Source of the DNA: Balanoglossus misakiensis
Taxonomy: Eukaryota; Animalia; Hemichordata
Length of the DNA stretch: 64,000 nt
Assembly: GCA_040954595.2 (NCBI GenBank)
Contig: CM082592.2
Coordinates: 5,114,506 to 5,178,505 of the forward strand
Direction: 5' to 3'
Both the position numbers and the translations under genes were made by a program. The notes under the pieces are model-generated. The model ran no database searches, was not told the DNA's origin, and worked only from the letters and a program-made list of their open reading frames with translations. Of this stretch, positions 23,840 to 35,280 are shown in pieces (positions within the stretch are counted from its first letter, which is position 1; every line of letters begins with the position of its first letter).

Positions 23840-26591
23840 TCAGTCACGCTGATGTTTAAGTACCAGCAATTTCTTCACTATTTTCTTTTCCTCTGCGGTT
23901 AGGTCAAGACTTTCCAGCGTCCGAACCAACTCGCTTTTCGCTGCAGACGAAAGGCAAGGCCATCAAATTAGGAAAGTTTGACTCTGCCGTGGAATCTTCG
24001 GTCAAGTGGTGATGATGCATGGTTCAAAAGCACTTTCAGAAATTAAATAACCGGTGGGAAGGGGTCAGTGATTTTGTAAACACACACACACCAAAGCACA
24101 GCGCAGAAAATCCCCCCCCCCCCCCCGTCAAAGGCCGGAGTATTAAGTGACAAGTCCCAAGAATTTGCTTTCGGAACTACTTTGGCCGAAATTTTAAATT
24201 GACTATATATCCTACTCCACCACCTGCAGCGAGGCTGGACAGCAGTGGAAGGGTTAACTGATACATTATGATGGTGCTTACCTGCCACGCAGTAAGCGTC
24301 GCCATGGTGGTTCTCTAAACACGTCTGACCTTCAGGACAATCATGGCGCCAGCAGCCATAACCTGCAAAGGACGGTGATGTGTCGTTACTAGATATATCC
24401 ATCCGCCTATGCATAAATAGTCTGAGATGCAAAGTTTTCATGCTCTCTTGTAATTAAAACCAATGGTTCCTGACATATTAAACTGTTACACTGGTAACAA
24501 ATTCCGGGACTTATTTCTGGTAAAGCATCTAACAATCGAAACGCTAGTAGATATTTACGTTTGTCACTGCTACGAAGTCCAGGGGCATCAGCTGTAAAAT
24601 GAAAAAAAAAAACAATAACTTAGGTGATGTTTTTATTTTTGTATGCATGATACTATAAGTGTGTAACATTGTTGTTTGGTAGTCACAAATTATGACGAAC
24701 CCGCTAAATGTGGAAAGCGACCTATTTGTGTGTAGAATAGCCGGCTACTACATCATACACCCAGACTGAATAGATCATGATGCGTGGAAATACTCTTGTG
24801 CTCTTACTTACTGTTTACGCAATAAGCATCTCCATATTGGTTCTCCAAACAGGTTTGTCCCTCGTCACATTCATGACGCCAGCAGCCATAACCTGCAAAG
24901 ATGTCGATTTGTGGTCATTTGAATAAATCATTCACCCATGCAATAAGAAAGTATGGATTCTTATACCTTGGTTTGACTCCTCAATGCTATCAATGTCTAT
25001 CATATAAGTATTTCTCCACTTTCCCTGAATAAATCACTGTGGTGTAACTTAAAACGCCACACGCCATCTCAAAAACTGATGCCGTGCGAATATACGTAGT
25101 GGTTATATACCATCGCTAAAGAAATGCGGAAAAATAGAAAAGATTGGAGATATTTACGTTTTTCATTGCTTCGAGTTCCAGCAGATTTTTCTGTAACGCA
25201 AAAAGAAAAGAAAACACGATGATAATATACGTAATTACGTGCATATTTTGTAAACAGCATTCGGTTCGTCAATAGGCTGGTTACAACGTAGCCATCAGAA
25301 AGAGAGAGAGAGAACACAAACAAACAAACAAACAAACAAACAAACAAACAAACAAACAAACAAACAAACAAACAAACAAACAAACAAACAAAATTACATT
25401 CACGGTATGAGTGATAGTAGAAACTAAATAACCTAGATATCATTGAATGAAATACACCGTTTCTTCAATATTCTTTTGGGTTCGAATCCTCCAGGACTCT
25501 CCATCGCCTGTAGCCAGGCTGGACAGCAGCGGTGGAAGGGTTAACTTATATATTATGATGGTGCTTACCTGCCAGGCAGTAAGCGTCGCCATGATGGTTC
25601 TCTAAACACGTCTGACCTTCAGGACAATCATGGCGCCAGCAGCCATAACCTGCAAATGACGGTGATGTGTCGTTACTAGATATATCCATCCGCGCACGCA
25701 TAAATAGTCTGAGATTCAAAGTTTTCTATGTATCCATGTAATTAAAATCACCGGTTCCGGGGCATGATGATTACTTTGGTAATGTATTCCGTGACTTAAT
25801 TCTGGTAAAGCATCTAACCAATGAATCGAAACGCTAGTAGATATTTACGTTTGTCACTGCTACGAACTCCAGGAGCATCAGCTGTAAAATGAAAAAAAAA
25901 AGCATGATGTTTTTATTTTTGTATGCATGTTAAGTGTGTAGCATTATTGTTTGGTAGTTGCAAATTAAGACAAAACAATTCTGGTGCCTATTGTATGTAG
26001 AATAGCCGGCAACTACATCATACACCCAGACTGAATAGATCATGATGCGTGGAAATACTGGATCTCTTGTGCTCTTACTTACTGTTTACGCAATAAGCAT
26101 CTCCATATTGGTTCTCCAAACAGGTTTGTCCCTCGTCACATTCATGACGCCAGCAGCCATAACCTGCAAAGATGTCGATTTGTGGTCATTTGAATAAATC
26201 ATTCATGCCAAAAAGAAAGTATGGATACTATTTGTTTAATTTTGTATGGGATCTTGCAACTACATTGGCCAAAAGAAAGCGCATGACGTCACAGAAACCG
26301 AATATCTATTAGAATATCTGAAAATTTTCAGACCAGAATCTAAACAAAGGACGGTGATATTTACGTTTGTCGCGATCGATGTCTCGATCTCCAAGAGTGT
26401 CTTCTGTAAAATAAGAATAAACATGATTATGACGACGACGACGACGATGATATTGGTGGTGATGTGGCGGTGATATTGGAATATCTCAGTTACTCACCAC
26501 TTTCCATGGTTTCCCTATTAGGAAAGAGTATCCCGGCGTTTACGACGAGAGGAATTGCGATCAGCAGCAGGGCAAACATGAAACGACGCAT
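23840..26591 (-). CDS. Secreted polyprotein peptide precursor, paralog 2 (218 aa; signal peptide, four KR-preceded FOLN-like 4-Cys peptides, helical tail)
   Basis: Ten coding exons, all introns phase-1 GT-AG: 26591-26498, 26403-26365, 26163-26083, 25881-25849, 25649-25569, 25190-25158, 24892-24812, 24591-24559, 24362-24282, 23940-23840 (657 nt). Product: MRRFMFALLLIAIPLVVNA-GILFPNRETMESEDTLGDRDIDRD-KR-YGCWRHECDEGQTCLENQYGDAYCVNTDAPGVRSSD-KR-YGCWRHDCPEGQTCLENHHGDAYCLAEKSAGTRSNE-KR-YGCWRHECDEGQTCLENQYGDAYCVNTDAPGLRSSD-KR-YGCWRHDCPEGQTCLENHHGDAYCVAAKSELVRTLESLDLTAEEKKIVKKLLVLKHQRD*. Confidence 0.85.
24230..26225. repeat. Internal tandem duplication (period ~1.28 kb) of a two-peptide cassette, introns included
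   Basis: ~24230-24957 and ~25510-26225 are near-identical in exons and introns (e.g. gaatagccggc...ctacatcatacacccagactgaatagatcatgatgcgtggaaatact); offsets between homologous exons are 1271-1290 nt. Confidence 0.92.
25317..25392. repeat. (CAAA)n microsatellite
   Basis: About 18 CAAA units, intronic. Confidence 0.98.
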
Positions 26592-27628
26592 CGTGAATCC
26601 TGTCAATGAAATCGTAGGATAACTTTTACTGCACTGATACAATTAAAAGTGAATAGACATATAGCGCGCGCGCACACACACACACACACGCACACAGATA
26701 CGAACTTACATGGAGGGAGATACAATGTATAGGGAAAGGTCACACATCACTAAATTCGTAGACAAAGTGGTCTACATATTTACTATCGATTAAAACTCTT
26801 TGATCTTCTAGTGTCTATGCTTGAAGCCGCCAACTCTGGTATAAGCAACAGGTACCCTAGACCACAGACAGCGTGTCTTATCACAAAAAATCTCACTGAC
26901 CCAACCACCAAAACAGGGAGACCCGACGTTAGGGCGGGTGGTTTTAGCTAGAAGTTGTGGTCACCTTGACCCCTGTGGCCAAGTCACTTCTGATTATTTC
27001 ATAGGTCTGTAACAACACGTAGGGACGATATGCAACTTTTCGGGGAAAATTGCCTCAGAATAACAGTCACTTGACCGGTAAATATGTGTCCCTGTAATGC
27101 GTACGATTCACGGTAAAGCTGCGAGAACTTGCGATTCGCTACTCAATCTCACGGTTTCTTTGAATAAAGCTACCCTATATCTTTTGATTTACGGTTGGAG
27201 TGTCATTTTTTAACTTCACACGCAAAAATCGCATGTGTAGTGCCTCACACCGGAGCCCTGGAAAACTCTGCATCAAACGAACCTGATAACACATTCACGC
27301 CACTCAGTTTGTCTCCTTACCGAATGAATTTATAGGGGTCGGAGTGACTTTAGGTGTCGGGGGTCGGAACGGCCAGGGGTCGAAGTGACTAGAAACCGTT
27401 GAACGAGCCCCACCCATACCAAATTTACGAAACTTCGTTATGGCCGTCATTCTGGCTACGCGATTACCTATGGAGTTAAACTTTTTCCAACAGTATAAAT
27501 CAATGCTTACCTGGTTGTCCAAATTGTCCCGAGAGTCTGGTCTTCTCAGCAAGCAGCAGCTACTTGGAGGTCGTCGTCGCCGGACTTGATCCTATACAGC
27601 AACCCAGGTTGAAGCTCACAACACCCCA

Positions 27629-27754
27629 ATATATATCCCTCTGAATACAACCAAGGCTCTTTGCTCCGCCCACCAACGTATACCAGCCAATGAAATCACT
27701 CAAGCTCACTGCATTGATTGGTTTACCCGAAAAATACAAAGCGCCGGTCATTGG
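27629..27754 (-). promoter_or_regulatory. Pol II promoter of peptide paralog 2 (TATA, GC box, three CCAAT boxes)
   Basis: TATATA ~27629-27636, GGGCGG 27666-27671, CCAAT/ATTGG at 27687, 27717 and 27750; non-coding exon ending at donor 27511 (G|gtaagc). 27500-27812 closely matches 21812-22121. Confidence 0.7.
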
Positions 27755-28004
27755 TGAACCTTCGAACGTGCATACCTGGAACATCTTCGTCCTCGTTCGG
27801 TCTGCCATGTGATGGACAGGAAATATATAGCCTGTCTTTAATTATCATTGCACTATTGACGTGAATATACATGTATATGAAAATGCAGGAATGTAACATC
27901 TCAATTTGCACTAACATCATTTCTTTGACCTCCACAAGGTGTCTTTGCAAGTGACGACACCCTACCAAAAACAGACACACCACGACGTACCCTGTTATAA
28001 ATCA

Positions 28005-28644
28005 GAATGAAGTGGTCAAGAAGCACCAACTCTTGGACACAGTGTTCTTCACTACAAACTAATTTTATTTCCGACGTTTCGTGGGCTTAATCCCACTTCA
28101 TCAGGGTAAAAATAAGAGGTTTAAACTAAAATACGCAAAGGCGGATAGGAGGCAAAGGAACACTGTACTCACTTGCCGGGAGCCAAAGTGGAGCTGACAG
28201 AGATTTTGAATGTATGGCAGGTGTTGCGTAAGACTGACAAGTCGGGGTGATTTACATAAAATGCGGGAAAATTATGATGTGTAAATTACCTTGTAGTGAC
28301 TAAAAATAGCTGGAGTACATACAGAAAGCCAAGCTGCGAGAGACTGTTGTAGCAAAAACTTGTAGTAATAAATGGAATAAAATGAACGCCTACTAAAAAC
28401 AACTCAAGATAAGATAAAATATCGAAGGAAACGGTAAACGGGTTTTACAAAATTGCAGGTATAGTGTCCAATGAAAAAATCCACTTTGTTTCTGTAATGT
28501 CCCTGGTGTGTTTATCATCTTTACACAACGATTCCAAGATGACCACTTTCGTGTTTTTTAACAGAGTGGTTGGGTTGATTAAAATGTTGGCTCACAAATA
28601 GGGCTGGATTCTCAGGGTCGTTGTTTTTACATTTTATCATACTT
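28005..28644 (-). mobile_element. 5'-truncated Penelope-like retroelement (GIY-YIG C-terminal remnant plus 3' region), 13-bp TSD
   Basis: Flanked by ctgttataaatca at 27992-28004 and 28645-28657. Minus strand encodes VSQHFNQPNHS (frameshift) NTKVVILESLCKDDKHTRDITETKWIFSLDTIP, matching the Penelope endonuclease tail pattern (V..HFN...HS...ILE...R...E..WI..L.T..P). The paralogous empty site cctgttctaaatcatgtatg is at ~22818-22837. Confidence 0.85.
28062..28115 (-). ncRNA. Minimal type-I hammerhead ribozyme motif (Penelope-associated)
   Basis: Minus strand ...ttttacc CTGATGA a gtggg-attaag-cccac GAAAC GTC ggaaataaaa: both catalytic boxes, a 5-bp stem II, the palindromic ACGT in place of stem III, and a GUC cleavage triplet; stem I is imperfect. 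Confidence 0.75.
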
Positions 28645-31418
28645 CTGTTATAAATCATGTATGTAGCACTCCATACAGTGTAGCAAACACCCGAACTTTT
28701 AATGTAGTGTTGACAAAGCCTTCTTTTTAGTTCGGTAGTAAAAGGTGAATACAATACGACATTCAGTGCAGCTCTCGTCGACCTTTAATTTCTCAACAAT
28801 ACGCACACGCCCAAACTACATTTCGCCCAATTTGTGTTAACACGGGAGACGGCCTAGTCCCTTGCGTAGAGAAAGCGCTGATCATGCACATACAATACCG
28901 TGCGCTGACCTTGTAAAACCACAGGGCTAAAGTTGAAACAGAATTGAACAGATGTATTGGGGTGCTGTGATGCTGTATGCATGTAAGGGAATTGTAACCC
29001 CACGAGACTGAGGTATCTTAAGCAGTGGTCGAGAAAGGTATGCTTTCGCGAATCAATAGGTTATTGTATGGCTTTTTACACCCACCCACTCTCAAAACAA
29101 AGTTGGCCTTTAAATGTTTACACGGAACAAGAATACATCACGGTGGGCGGCCACCGCATTCGTCGCGTTCTGATTTAAGAAAAACATCAGAATCGATAAT
29201 AACATGCAGGAATCGTTATTTCAGATTACACAGTAGTTTAATTTATATAAAGATTATTTCCATCGCTAAATATGTTGTGGAGAAGTGTTCTTGATAAAAA
29301 TTGATACAAACGCTCATTTATATTGGGATAGATGTATTGTCGACTTTTTCAAATATTCTGGCTTGTTTATGCCTATGGCTTGGTGATGGTGATGGTTGTT
29401 TATCGAGGTGAATGTACTGTGAGAATTCCCCCTTCACTGGAATACTTTTCTATTACAATGTATATGTGTTCTTTAAAGTTAATTTAGTGTTTAAGTTAGT
29501 CAGCGTACCATAACGTGGTTGAGGCCTAAAATAAGCTGGAACATTGGTTGAATGGGCGAATTTCTCTTGAAAAGGTCACCGCGCAAAACATGCGTGCGAT
29601 TTAGTTGTTTAGGATCATTGGCCGTGACTAACGTATGGATGAACGTTGACTCCGGCTGGAATCATTTCTACACACCCCCGAAGACGTCAGCAAAACGTCC
29701 GTGTCGAGTGTTACTACGGACGGGTGGCGGTTGTATTATGATGGTGACGTCATTGGTTAAGGTTGTTTGCGTGATTTGCATTTAACCGTGACGAAGTGGC
29801 TGTTCCGTAGGATATAAAAATTTCAGGAGCGGCACTTGCTGTCCTCGTTGAAAGGCCATGGGTCACTTATATGGGACGGCTTCAAAAGACAGAACTGACC
29901 GATATAATGTACATGATTAAAATTAGTGCGTTGGTTGTGAGTGGACCGTAAATGGTTGTCCATCTTTTCATGAAAACGTGTCTCGATTTCGAAGCGAGCG
30001 TCTCCTCCTCGTTCGAGTTACGGTCATAAATGTGTTCCCATTTGCATGTCCAGCTGACACAGATGGGCGGTCGGCCGGTCCTAATGTGCGGCGCAAACAT
30101 TCTACGCGATCAATCAATTGAATGCCCCTTGTACTTGTGTTCTCATCTTGACACCTCCCTTATAATTCCAGGCTTGCTTTAGTCATTATTGGACAGTCAA
30201 CAGATTGTCTTATAAAGGGACAAAGTCTCTCTCTCTCTGCCCTTTTTCCATTAATTATATTTTGATACAAGACACCGTTTATGTTATTCTACATGTGGAT
30301 ATATAGAAAAAACTCAATCGGGGACAAATTTTCAGCAAAATCATAGTCTTCTAAACCTTCCAATTATTTGCTCATAAATAGTATCGGGAGTCTAGCTTTT
30401 TGAAAACAACGTAAAAAGCATGTGTAGGGTGGGTTCAGTGGCTATCGGTTTGTTGGAAGTTTTCTCTACCTTGAGAAAGCGGCGTGAGTTTGCCGGTACG
30501 GCGAATTGAATGTCCAACAAAGCAACGTCTAGACAATTTCGTTGATCACAGAAAGGGTGGTGAGGTGACATTCAAGAAAACTGAGTTGTGACAAAGACAA
30601 GTTTTGACAGAAGAGATCATGTCAAACAATAACACAAGGGCAGACGCCACTGGGAAGAGACGTCTGAGGACGAAGGGGGAGTCTTTTCATTCTCGTCCTT
30701 CCTTGCGAAAAATCGGTTAGGTTTAAAAGGGAACTCAGCGATCGTAATCACATGTATCCCACGAGAGTTCAGTGTTTGTTTTTGATGGTATCGCCGTTAG
30801 GCTTTCCAACCAAAATTGAGTCTGTATTACGCGTTCTCTTCAGAACTGATGTTTTTCAAATTGATGATGGTGATGGTGATGATGATGATGGAGGAGGAGG
30901 AGACAGAGGAGGAGGAGGTGTGGAAATTGTACCTTGACGACCACTCGCCGACCTCTGTGTCATCGACCTCTTCAAATCAAAGCTTTGCCTGCGCGAAAGT
31001 TTTACCATAGAATGAGCGAGGTCACATGCCGGGACCTCCATTTATTATTGGTAACTGTCAGCTTCGGAACCCAGAGTTGAACGGCAATGACTTAAGATCA
31101 GTACTTTGTGTCCCCCATGGATCCGTTCATTTGTAGCCTGGGCTGAAATTCGCAATGGTGGTTGCACATGTAGGGCGCCATCTTGTGATGAATAAGTCTT
31201 GCTTTCAACACAACATTACCATTATTATATTTATTTCTCCATTTGCCATTTAAATGATGACAACAGATTTGCATTTAACATGATCAAAACACCGAATAAA
31301 TTATTTTAAAAAATCGGTCTGAAAAAGCTGGTATAAAACCCCATAGCTGATACATATAAATTACTAAATGTTTTAAAAGTAATTGACAATATTTGAATTT
31401 TGTCCAAGCATATCGCGT

Positions 31419-33965
31419 TCAATATTTATTGACTCCTTTTCTGAAGTCGTCCACGAAGTCCAGGTGCAACTTTGGAATAAATCTTTCAACCAATGATTTC
31501 GGCGAAAGATGTCCTTCAAACTGGGTAACGTTAACGGCTTTAGTCTTGTTCGGATTTCTGTAAATGCAAGTAGTTTGAAGAAAATTGCTATTTTATTGCA
31601 GTAAACACTTACACTGAGAGTATATCGAGTATGTCCGCGTATAATTGCGTATCGGTGCAGGCTGAAGTCATCAAGCTTGTTCCAAGACAACTTTCCGTAC
31701 CATACAATACTGACCCCAAAAGGCCAAAAGAGAGCGACTTTGTCCCCCGTTTGTGCTATTTGGCACGGTTGTCATGGGTTGTTAGTCCTGTGTCACATGA
31801 CAACATCCTCCATTATAAACTGCCTATAGCCACGCGAGATCTCGCAACGTCTCGTAGGTACCGGAGAGTAAGCTCAGTATCTGGTACTTACCCGTCGACT
31901 GCATAGAAGAGAAAAGCTGATGGATAATTCGTTCCCCTGACGACACCTTTCGGCGCTGGGTGGTCGGCATGCTCAATGCTGGAAACTGCAAATCAAAATC
32001 GGACAATTAATAGACCATGTCCCGAACTCTACGAGACCCTGCGAGATCACACGTGGTTAGACAGTTTACATTGGAGGACAATGGTGTCATCTGACACAGA
32101 ACAAACCCCGGACGGCCCATCGTGTTAAACGGCACAAAAGCTACGTTTTTGTAAAACGTTCCACCTTTTCTCGTTTCATAAACCGTTTGAATTGTATTGC
32201 TTGATTTTCAAACCACGGAAAAAGTGGTCTTAGTTCTTCTCTAACAAAATTAAAACTTCAATTTATGTATGTACTTACAATATACTATAGTAAGGCCACT
32301 ATCTGGCATTCTTCTTATACCAAAAACGTCTACGAAATCCCGCGGTGATACCAAACCTAGCATCAAACTCGCCGACGACGTCCGAAGAAGCTTGGCGTCC
32401 TGCCGTGTAAACGAGATAATCTCTTTTTTTTGACCAGTTTCTTTGATGTTATTCGAACTTCATTTTTCCTTCGGTACGTGCAGCGTTAAGTTTGACGTTT
32501 AAATTCGTGATTATCTTCAACGATGCTATGTGTAATCTAGACATTAACATTAGTATACATTTATGCTGTATTCAATGATTTCACTCATCACCACCCCACC
32601 CCCGATACAATAATAATATAATACCATGGTGATCAATGCAGTGGATAAAACACTGTACCTCTGAAATTGTTTCAAGTACAGTCATTTCCTTGATGGCCCT
32701 GTCGAATTGGACATGTTTCTCCGTGTCCCAAACCAAATCCAAACATTTTTCGGGCGAGGCGTCTACGCTGTACACAGCTTTGTACCTGAGAAAACGTTAA
32801 CACAAATCGTGATGACTGGTCCAGTTACACTGGCAGAAAATTCCCCTTTGGTAATTCGATCAGACTAAATGATCAACTGAAACAACGTTTCGTCCTGTGT
32901 CCTGTGGAACGCACGCCGCTCTCCGAGTAAAATCGGGGAGTTTTTGCGAAAAGAATTTCTGAAGACGAAAGCGAGTAATCCTCTCAGGCTGACCACTAGT
33001 GGCGCGCCATGAATCAAAATACACAAGCCATGGTGACTGCGGGCGGGGGGTCAGCAAGAGAACCCTTTCACACAAATCCAGGTGTAGAGAGACGTGGGAT
33101 GTGATGCAGATATGCTCAAGTTATAGTAATAATATCTCAGACGGTGAAGGATGTTAATACATATAAAAATTATACTGACTTACAGGTAACCGTTGAAGTC
33201 TGGAGACGGCTTGTTGTACACTTGCACGTCATTCTGTGACAAGATTAAGAAAATTATGTTACTCCAATCAAGAGAGCAAGAAGACAGTGTCCACAAACAC
33301 TTAGCACGACGTCGATACATGCATAATATATACACCACGTGACATACTAGTAGCCAATCACTGCCAATGTCGTGTTCATAATCCCGACCTTTGAGATGGA
33401 TTTGCATATCAATACTTCATCTGCAGTGGCTCTTACATAACAGGGACAGACTTGTGATGATTTCTTTTTCATAACAGACGTCCATAACACGACCAATCCA
33501 TCAGCATGCTACCAAACGTGACTATACACATGTATAATAACGAGTGTCTTGAAAATGTCTCCGGAAAAGCGAATTTAACAATCTGTCGAATGGCTTTCAC
33601 ACACAAAAACGCAATACAAAATGTACGTCCATCGTAATAACACTGGTTGATTAAAAATGTCGAGACTATGGACCACTGCACTGCACAAGATCGGCTAATC
33701 TTATATGTCGAGAATCGCTCTCATAATTCGTGTAAATACCCGTCAGTAGCTGGGGTGGGTTCTTTCCGTATAAATGAAAGCACATACATGTATTTCGTTG
33801 AAGCACACGCCGTCCCTTGCCGTGGCTATACAGCAGTAAATGGTCGTGGAAATAAAATGTACAACCTGAACTTACCCCGCTTTTGCAGAGTACCCAGTCT
33901 TCCTCGGCGTTGTACTTCAGTACTTTGTTGACAGTTTCGGTGGCGATCGCGCCGTAGTCAGCCAT
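31419..33965 (-). CDS. START-domain lipid/sterol transfer protein, STARD4/5/6 subfamily (STARD5-like), 206 aa, six exons
   Basis: Exons 33965-33876, 33233-33184, 32785-32659, 32399-32279, 31985-31892, 31557-31419 (621 nt, in frame). Motifs KPSPDFNGYLYKA, MLGLVSPRDFVD, SIEHADHP...VRGTNYPS, NPNKT...PKSLVERFIP; START-only architecture. Confidence 0.92.
31750..32139. repeat. Imperfect ~110-bp inverted repeat pair flanking START exon 5
   Basis: 31750-31857 (...ctgtgtcacatgacaacatcctccattataaactgcctatagccacgcgagatctcgcaacgtctcgtag) matches the reverse complement of 32029-32139 (...ctgtgtcagatgacaccattgtcctccaatgtaaactgtctaaccacgtgtgatctcgcagggtctcgtag). Confidence 0.85.
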
Positions 33966-35280
33966 GGTGCGTTGAGAAGTACAAATTGAAGCTTCAGTTA
34001 GGCTGAACCGAGATTGTGATTCCGTCTTGTGTTATATCGATCGTCTGGATTTCGTGGTCAGCGTCTGTTTGACTTCGACCCACAGACGCCGGAGTCATAT
34101 ATATGTCCGCAGAGCTGCATGATGATGTCAGGTTGCGTCACGCATATTGCCCAAGTGCCTGTGGTTTGACCAATCACGGATGTATTGCGTAACCGTAAAT
34201 CTTTCTGTGCCAATCGTACAGCAAGCAGGCTCGGGGAGGCTATGCCCACGCAGAAGGCGAAGACATTTGTCTCCTAATCTGTGACGTGTGCACAGATACC
34301 TGATGTTGTGTACTTCGGTCTCATTACGCAACATCGATGACGCGTTTGTTCCCACGTGACTTAATCATGAAATGACGAAATTATGATGAGTATTTCTGTA
34401 GGCGATTGATTGAGAAGTGTAGATAATCGAAAATAGAGGGGAGACCGATTGAGACTATAAGGTCTGGCATCTCTGCTCGGAGAGGCCAGGCTTTTCTTTT
34501 CGTCGGACTATATTCATGTAAAATACCTGCGAGGAGTGGGTCAATAAAAGTCACGTTTAGTATAAGCCGCCGTAGACCTGGACACGCGGTTACAGTTCAA
34601 CATGGCCTTCAATTGGTGACGTGAATTCAGTAAAACCACGAATCACGACTGATGACGAACTCGTTAGGGGTGTACTGCGAGACAATTGTATACGGGAAAT
34701 GGTGTCTTGAAAAAGATGCAAAGAATCTTGTTTATTAAGCATTTTTTTAGTGAAGGAAGTCCCTTCTACAGTACAATATAAAGAAAGTGTGTGATACCAT
34801 ATTATTTCACTGTAATTACATCACCAATCTTTTAACTGTGAAATGGTATAGTTTGATCTGTGAATGTCTCGATATCCGGTCCTAAGTCAATCAAATCTCA
34901 AACGACTACGACCAACTAATTTGGAATAACAGACTTAATTGTTTTGGGGAGGTCTGGGGATCAATTATATTTCAGACCTTTTTAATGGTATCAATAGAAT
35001 CACATGGACAGTGTTTCAACAAAATGAAAATTAAATGGATGGGGTTGACATTGTCCATTCTTGATAAACTTTAAAAAATCGCGTCTTGTAAGAGTATACA
35101 TAGTATAGACCATATTTATGCTATACTTTTTTATTCACTACTACAATTTGAAGCTCTAATTTAATTTGTAAATGGCATTTTGGTTTAAGGCTATACCGTC
35201 ACCAAACTGGAAAATACGGTCGCCAAATTTGACAACGCGTGGTGTTTATCATCGATCCAGTTACTCTGAGAGTGGTGGTA

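Noticed and set aside
30750-31190. Possible extra minus-strand gene (YY1-like AAGATGGCG near 31180, donor-like site near 30932, acidic ORFs)
   Set aside because: The ORFs derive from GAT/GGA microsatellites and I could not build a coherent spliced CDS; a non-coding transcript cannot be excluded.
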